11,837 bases of DNA from a bacterium (lineage in GTDB: Bacteria > Muiribacteriota > UBA6191): NCBI GenBank assembly GCA_036339875.1, contig JAYZAC010000139.1:1-11837 (forward strand), given 5' to 3'. The notes beneath the pieces are model-generated. The model saw nothing but the letters and a program-made list of their open reading frames with translations. It ran no database searches and was not told the DNA's origin. The translations under genes and the position numbers were made by a program. Each line of letters begins with the position of its first letter. Position 1 is the stretch's first letter. Positions 8,155 through 11,837 of this stretch are shown piece after piece.

Positions 8155-9048
8155 TCACTCAAGACTGGCAGCCCCGCCTACGATTTCGGCGATTTCCTGC
8201 GTTATGGCTGCTTGACGAGCACGATTTAATTGCAAGGTTAAGGTTGAGATCATCTCTTTAGCGTTCCTGGATGCATTATCCATAGCTACCATACGAGATC
8301 CGTATTCAGAAGCTAGGGAATTCAGGTAACAGGAATGTACCTTTCCGCGCATGTATAAATTAAATAATTCTTCCAAAATTTCATCTCGGCTTGGCTCAAA
8401 AAAGTAATGAGCACGACCGACCGCTTCACCAGTCTCTTCTGAGACTGTCTGGGAACTTACCGATTCGTTTGCTTTGAAGGGTAAAAACTGTACAGCTAAA
8501 TTAGTTTTACTACCTGCAGATTTGAAATGAGTGTAAACCAACTCTACAACCCCGAACTCGCCTTTCAGAAAATCTTCCATTAAATTCTTAGCGATTGTTT
8601 CAGAAAATTCTCTTTCTGGAAGAGTACCTTCAAGTAGATATTTATTATGAATATCCACATTTTTGAGTCCCAATCCTTCAGCAGCTTTTTTACCTATAGC
8701 CACAAATTTGACAGCGTAACCTTCAGCTTCAAGAGCCTCTTTACGCTGCAAACCTAATTTCACAGAGTTAGCATTAAAAGCTCCACACAGAGCTCTCTCA
8801 CCAGCATAGACTGCAATACAGGCTGTTTTCGAATTATTCGGAACGGTCAACAAATGTGCATGACCTGAACCTGTAAAACGTTCCAGTAGACCTTCTATTC
8901 CATGAAAATACGGACTGAAACTATCTAAAGCCATTTGCGCTTTTCTTAGCTTCGCAGCTGAGACAAGCTTCATAGCCTTAGTTATTTTCTCTGTATTTTG
9001 TACCGACTTGATTTTGGTACGTATTTCTCTGGACTTCCCTTGACCCAT
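8155..9048 (-). CDS. atpG: F1 ATP synthase subunit gamma
   Basis: KITKAMKLVSAAKL, RALCGAFN, ASEYGSRMVAMDNA, NRARQAAITQEIAEIVGGA. Confidence 0.99.
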   Translation of the reverse strand: MGQGKSREIRTKIKSVQNTEKITKAMKLVSAAKLRKAQMALDSFSPYFHGIEGLLERFTGSGHAHLLTVPNNSKTACIAVYAGERALCGAFNANSVKLGLQRKEALEAEGYAVKFVAIGKKAAEGLGLKNVDIHNKYLLEGTLPEREFSETIAKNLMEDFLKGEFGVVELVYTHFKSAGSKTNLAVQFLPFKANESVSSQTVSEETGEAVGRAHYFFEPSRDEILEELFNLYMRGKVHSCYLNSLASEYGSRMVAMDNASRNAKEMISTLTLQLNRARQAAITQEIAEIVGGAASLE

Positions 9049-9057
9049 AAATAATCC

Positions 9058-10578
9058 TTAAGCCTGCTTTGCTATAAAAGCTTCTTTACACTCTTGAATT
9101 GCTTGATTCGCTTTCGCCTTCAAATCGTCATCCATTTCTTTCTTATTTTTAACTCCATCAAGCAAATCACCATACTTGGCTTCTAAAACTTGGTGGAAAT
9201 CCACTTCAAATTCTTGGATTCCAGAAGGCGCTAAATCATCCAAGTATCCATTAGTTACTGCATAGATCGAAAGAACCTGCTTAACCACATCTAATGGTTC
9301 GTACTGTCCTTGTTTTAGGATCTCAAGTGTTCTCTCTCCACGAGCCAATTGGCGCTGTGTAGCGTCATCTAGATCGGAGCCGAATTGAGCAAAAGCTGCA
9401 AGTTCTCGATATTGAGCTAAATCGAGTCTTAAGGTACCAGCCACCTTTTTCATAGCTTTAATCTGAGCACTACCACCTACACGACTTACCGATAGCCCCA
9501 CATCAATAGCAGGACGCTGTCCAGAGTTAAATAAATCTACACTCAAATAAATTTGTCCATCGGTGATTGAAATTACATTGGTGGGAATGTATGCAGACAC
9601 GTCTGATGCCTGAGTTTCAATTATTGGAAGTGCCGTGATAGAACCTGCTCCTTCCGCATCACTCAGTTTAACTGCTCTTTCTAGCAGACGAGAATGAACG
9701 TAAAAAACATCACCTGGGTAAGCTTCTCGTCCAGGAGGACGTCGTAGCAACAAAGATAATTCGCGGTAGGCAACAGCATGCTTTGAAAGATCATCATAAA
9801 CGACCAATACATCAGCATTATCGTCGTACATGAAACCTTCTGCCATTGTCACGCCAGTGTAAGGAGCCATAAAAGTCATTGGAGCAGGGTCGGAACCAGT
9901 TGCACAAACTACAATTGTATATTCAAGGGCCCCAGAATCTTGAAGCTTTTGGACTACATTTGCTACAGTCGAAGCTTTCTGACCTATTGCCACATAGATA
10001 CAAATAACCCCAGTCTCTTTTTGATTAATAATTGTATCAACAGCCACTGCAGTTTTGCCCGTTTGTCTGTCACCGATAATCAATTCCCGCTGTCCTCGAC
10101 CGATTGGCACCATTGAGTCGATAGCTTTTAATCCAGTTTGAAGAGGCACTTCCACCGGCTGCCGTTCAATTATGCCAGCGGCTATTTTTTCGATTGGACG
10201 AGTTTTGCTCGTTTTAATTGGCCCCTTACCATCGATAGGTTGGCCTAATGGATTTACTACTCTCCCTAAGAGATCCTTTCCGACAGGAACAGACATCACC
10301 GTACCTGTGGAATTTACCTGGTCTCCTTCACGAATGACTCGGGACTCCCCCATGAGTGCAACACCCACAGAGCCCTGCTCGAGGTTAAGGACCATACCAT
10401 AAACATCGTTTGGGAATTCTACCAATTCACCAACCATCGCGTTGTCAAGCCCAAATACTGTAGCAATACCATCACCTACAGCAGTTACATGACCGACATC
10501 TTTCTGCGCGGCGGAAGTATCAAAATCCGCAATCTGCTTCTTAATTAATTTTGTTATTTCTTCAGGTTTTATCTGCAT
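9058..10578 (-). CDS. atpA: F1 ATP synthase subunit alpha
   Basis: [51 protein letters not shown]. Confidence 0.99.
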   Translation of the reverse strand: MQIKPEEITKLIKKQIADFDTSAAQKDVGHVTAVGDGIATVFGLDNAMVGELVEFPNDVYGMVLNLEQGSVGVALMGESRVIREGDQVNSTGTVMSVPVGKDLLGRVVNPLGQPIDGKGPIKTSKTRPIEKIAAGIIERQPVEVPLQTGLKAIDSMVPIGRGQRELIIGDRQTGKTAVAVDTIINQKETGVICIYVAIGQKASTVANVVQKLQDSGALEYTIVVCATGSDPAPMTFMAPYTGVTMAEGFMYDDNADVLVVYDDLSKHAVAYRELSLLLRRPPGREAYPGDVFYVHSRLLERAVKLSDAEGAGSITALPIIETQASDVSAYIPTNVISITDGQIYLSVDLFNSGQRPAIDVGLSVSRVGGSAQIKAMKKVAGTLRLDLAQYRELAAFAQFGSDLDDATQRQLARGERTLEILKQGQYEPLDVVKQVLSIYAVTNGYLDDLAPSGIQEFEVDFHQVLEAKYGDLLDGVKNKKEMDDDLKAKANQAIQECKEAFIAKQA

Positions 10579-10596
10579 TTCCTACCACCTTGGGTT

Positions 10597-11151
10597 TCAG
10601 CGAACCCTCATTTTAAGGATTTTATCTTCTAATCTTTCAAGCTGTCCTTGAACGGAATAGTCAAAAACTTTATTACCAGTTTGAACTACGAATCCACCAA
10701 GTAAACTCTTTTCTTCTGACCAGCTTATCTCCAATTTTAAGTCAAGCTGTTTCTGCAATCGTTCTTGCAGGTCGCGTCTTTCCACTTCGCCAAGTACTTT
10801 CGCACTACGAATAGTAGCCTTTCCACGTTTGATATGTTCATCCGAGATTCTTATGAATTCTTTGAGTATCTTGGGGAGAAGCTCAAAACGTTCAGCATTT
10901 AACAATACCTTACAAAAATTAGTACTTGTCTTGCCTATTTTCATCTTCTTTAATATAGAGTCTATACAAGCAAGTTTTTGATCCATACTCACCAGTGGAT
11001 GTGCAATAGCCGTTCGTAACTCTGACGAAATTCGAACCATCTCAACAACTTCACTCAGCTCCTGAACTGTCTGGTCTATTTGCTTCTCTGCATTAACTAA
11101 CTCCAGAAGAGAGGCTGCATATTTCTGTACTATAACCCAGTTAGATTTCAT
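10597..11151 (-). CDS. atpH: F1 ATP synthase subunit delta
   Basis: Lies between atpF and atpA. KYAxxL N-terminus and SLLGGFVVQTGNKVFDYSVQGQL C-terminal OSCP/delta motif. Confidence 0.95.
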   Translation of the reverse strand: MKSNWVIVQKYAASLLELVNAEKQIDQTVQELSEVVEMVRISSELRTAIAHPLVSMDQKLACIDSILKKMKIGKTSTNFCKVLLNAERFELLPKILKEFIRISDEHIKRGKATIRSAKVLGEVERRDLQERLQKQLDLKLEISWSEEKSLLGGFVVQTGNKVFDYSVQGQLERLEDKILKMRVR

Positions 11152-11152
11152 A

Positions 11153-11788
11153 TTAACTACCTACCTTCTGGATTACGTTAGAGTCGTAGGCTTGACGAGC
11201 CTTAGCTTTCGGATTCTTTGTATGATCATTCTTGAAAGAATGGCTTACTTGTCCGAAAATTTGATTTTTAAGGCTATTAAGCTTTTTGTAATAATAACCC
11301 GCTGCATTCTTTTCAACATTGTCGAAAATTCGCATTTCGAGTTCCCTTGCGTCGGTCAGTATTTCCTTCTTAATATTAGCAGCTTGTACAGTAGCTTCTT
11401 CAATTAAGCGAGATCGCTCACCTTCAATATTATCAATGGAACGCTGAAGCTCCACCTTACGCTCTTCAAGTTTTCGCTTCTCTGCTTCCTCAGCTGATAG
11501 TATCGTCTCTATTTCTGTTAAATTATCTTCCAACATCTTAAAGATGAACGGAAACAAAAATTTATAAATTAGAAACAATAGTGCGAAGAAATTTAACCAC
11601 CACATAACTGTACTGGCCGTCTTACCCCGCATAACCGCCATGAAATCAGACAACATCGCCATAATTCCACCGCCATTAACCGCAGCTTCTGTTACAGGCT
11701 GAGCCACCTCAGGATTTGCATGAAGAGCAATCGTTCCGGAGAGAATCAAGCCCGCGCAGGTAATTATCTGGAATAGTTTCCTTGACAT
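11153..11788 (-). CDS. atpF: F0 ATP synthase subunit b with N-terminal signal-peptide-like extension
   Basis: Directly upstream of atpH. TM segment WWLNFFALLFLIYKFLFP is followed by a long coiled coil. ATG at 11788 is preferred over 11800 because SD-like GGGTGA precedes it and the upstream frame stops at 11793. Confidence 0.85.
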   Translation of the reverse strand: MSRKLFQIITCAGLILSGTIALHANPEVAQPVTEAAVNGGGIMAMLSDFMAVMRGKTASTVMWWLNFFALLFLIYKFLFPFIFKMLEDNLTEIETILSAEEAEKRKLEERKVELQRSIDNIEGERSRLIEEATVQAANIKKEILTDARELEMRIFDNVEKNAAGYYYKKLNSLKNQIFGQVSHSFKNDHTKNPKAKARQAYDSNVIQKVGS

Positions 11789-11792
11789 AGCA

Positions 11793-11837
11793 TCACCCAT
11801 AAATCTTGTTGTCTAGTGCCGCACTAAGTTCCGGCAC
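11793..11837 (-). CDS. 3' end of the upstream atp gene, probably subunit b' (second peripheral-stalk subunit)
   Basis: Open frame from the window edge reads VPELSAALDNKIYG*. It is amphipathic and resembles a b/b' C-terminus rather than the hydrophobic end of subunit c. Only 14 codons are visible. Confidence 0.45.
   Translation of the reverse strand: MPELSAALDNKIYG

Noticed and set aside
8400..8480. Possible regulatory insertion in gamma (NESVSSQTVSEETGEAVG)
   Set aside because: It lies in a known variable loop and contains no Cys pair like the chloroplast redox switch.
10172..10402. 76-aa + strand ORF
   Set aside because: Antisense shadow of the highly conserved atpA.
11192..11407. 71-aa + strand ORF
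   Set aside because: Antisense shadow of the atpF coiled-coil region.

Overview
Mostly core-genome DNA from a diderm bacterium, almost all on the minus strand. From the right: the end of a probable b' gene, then atpF-atpH-atpA-atpG-atpD-atpC. The operon unusually ends with ybaB/ebfC (8-nt overlap with atpC) and a strong intrinsic terminator. Next is an orphan FlgN/FliT-like helical protein, convergent with a + strand secreted protein resembling an OmpM/SomA-type outer-membrane beta-barrel with a degenerate SLH region. That gene is divergent from a very large PpiD/SurA-like multi-parvulin chaperone with a clear sigma70 promoter. The chaperone is followed by a terminator-like hairpin, rph and the 5' part of rdgB, which the ORF track missed. 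No mobile elements, CRISPR arrays, tRNA or rRNA were seen. I cannot claim a new system. The best leads are the nested four-parvulin chaperone, its divergent OmpM-like partner, and ybaB captured into the atp operon. All assignments come from reading motifs by eye; no searches were run.
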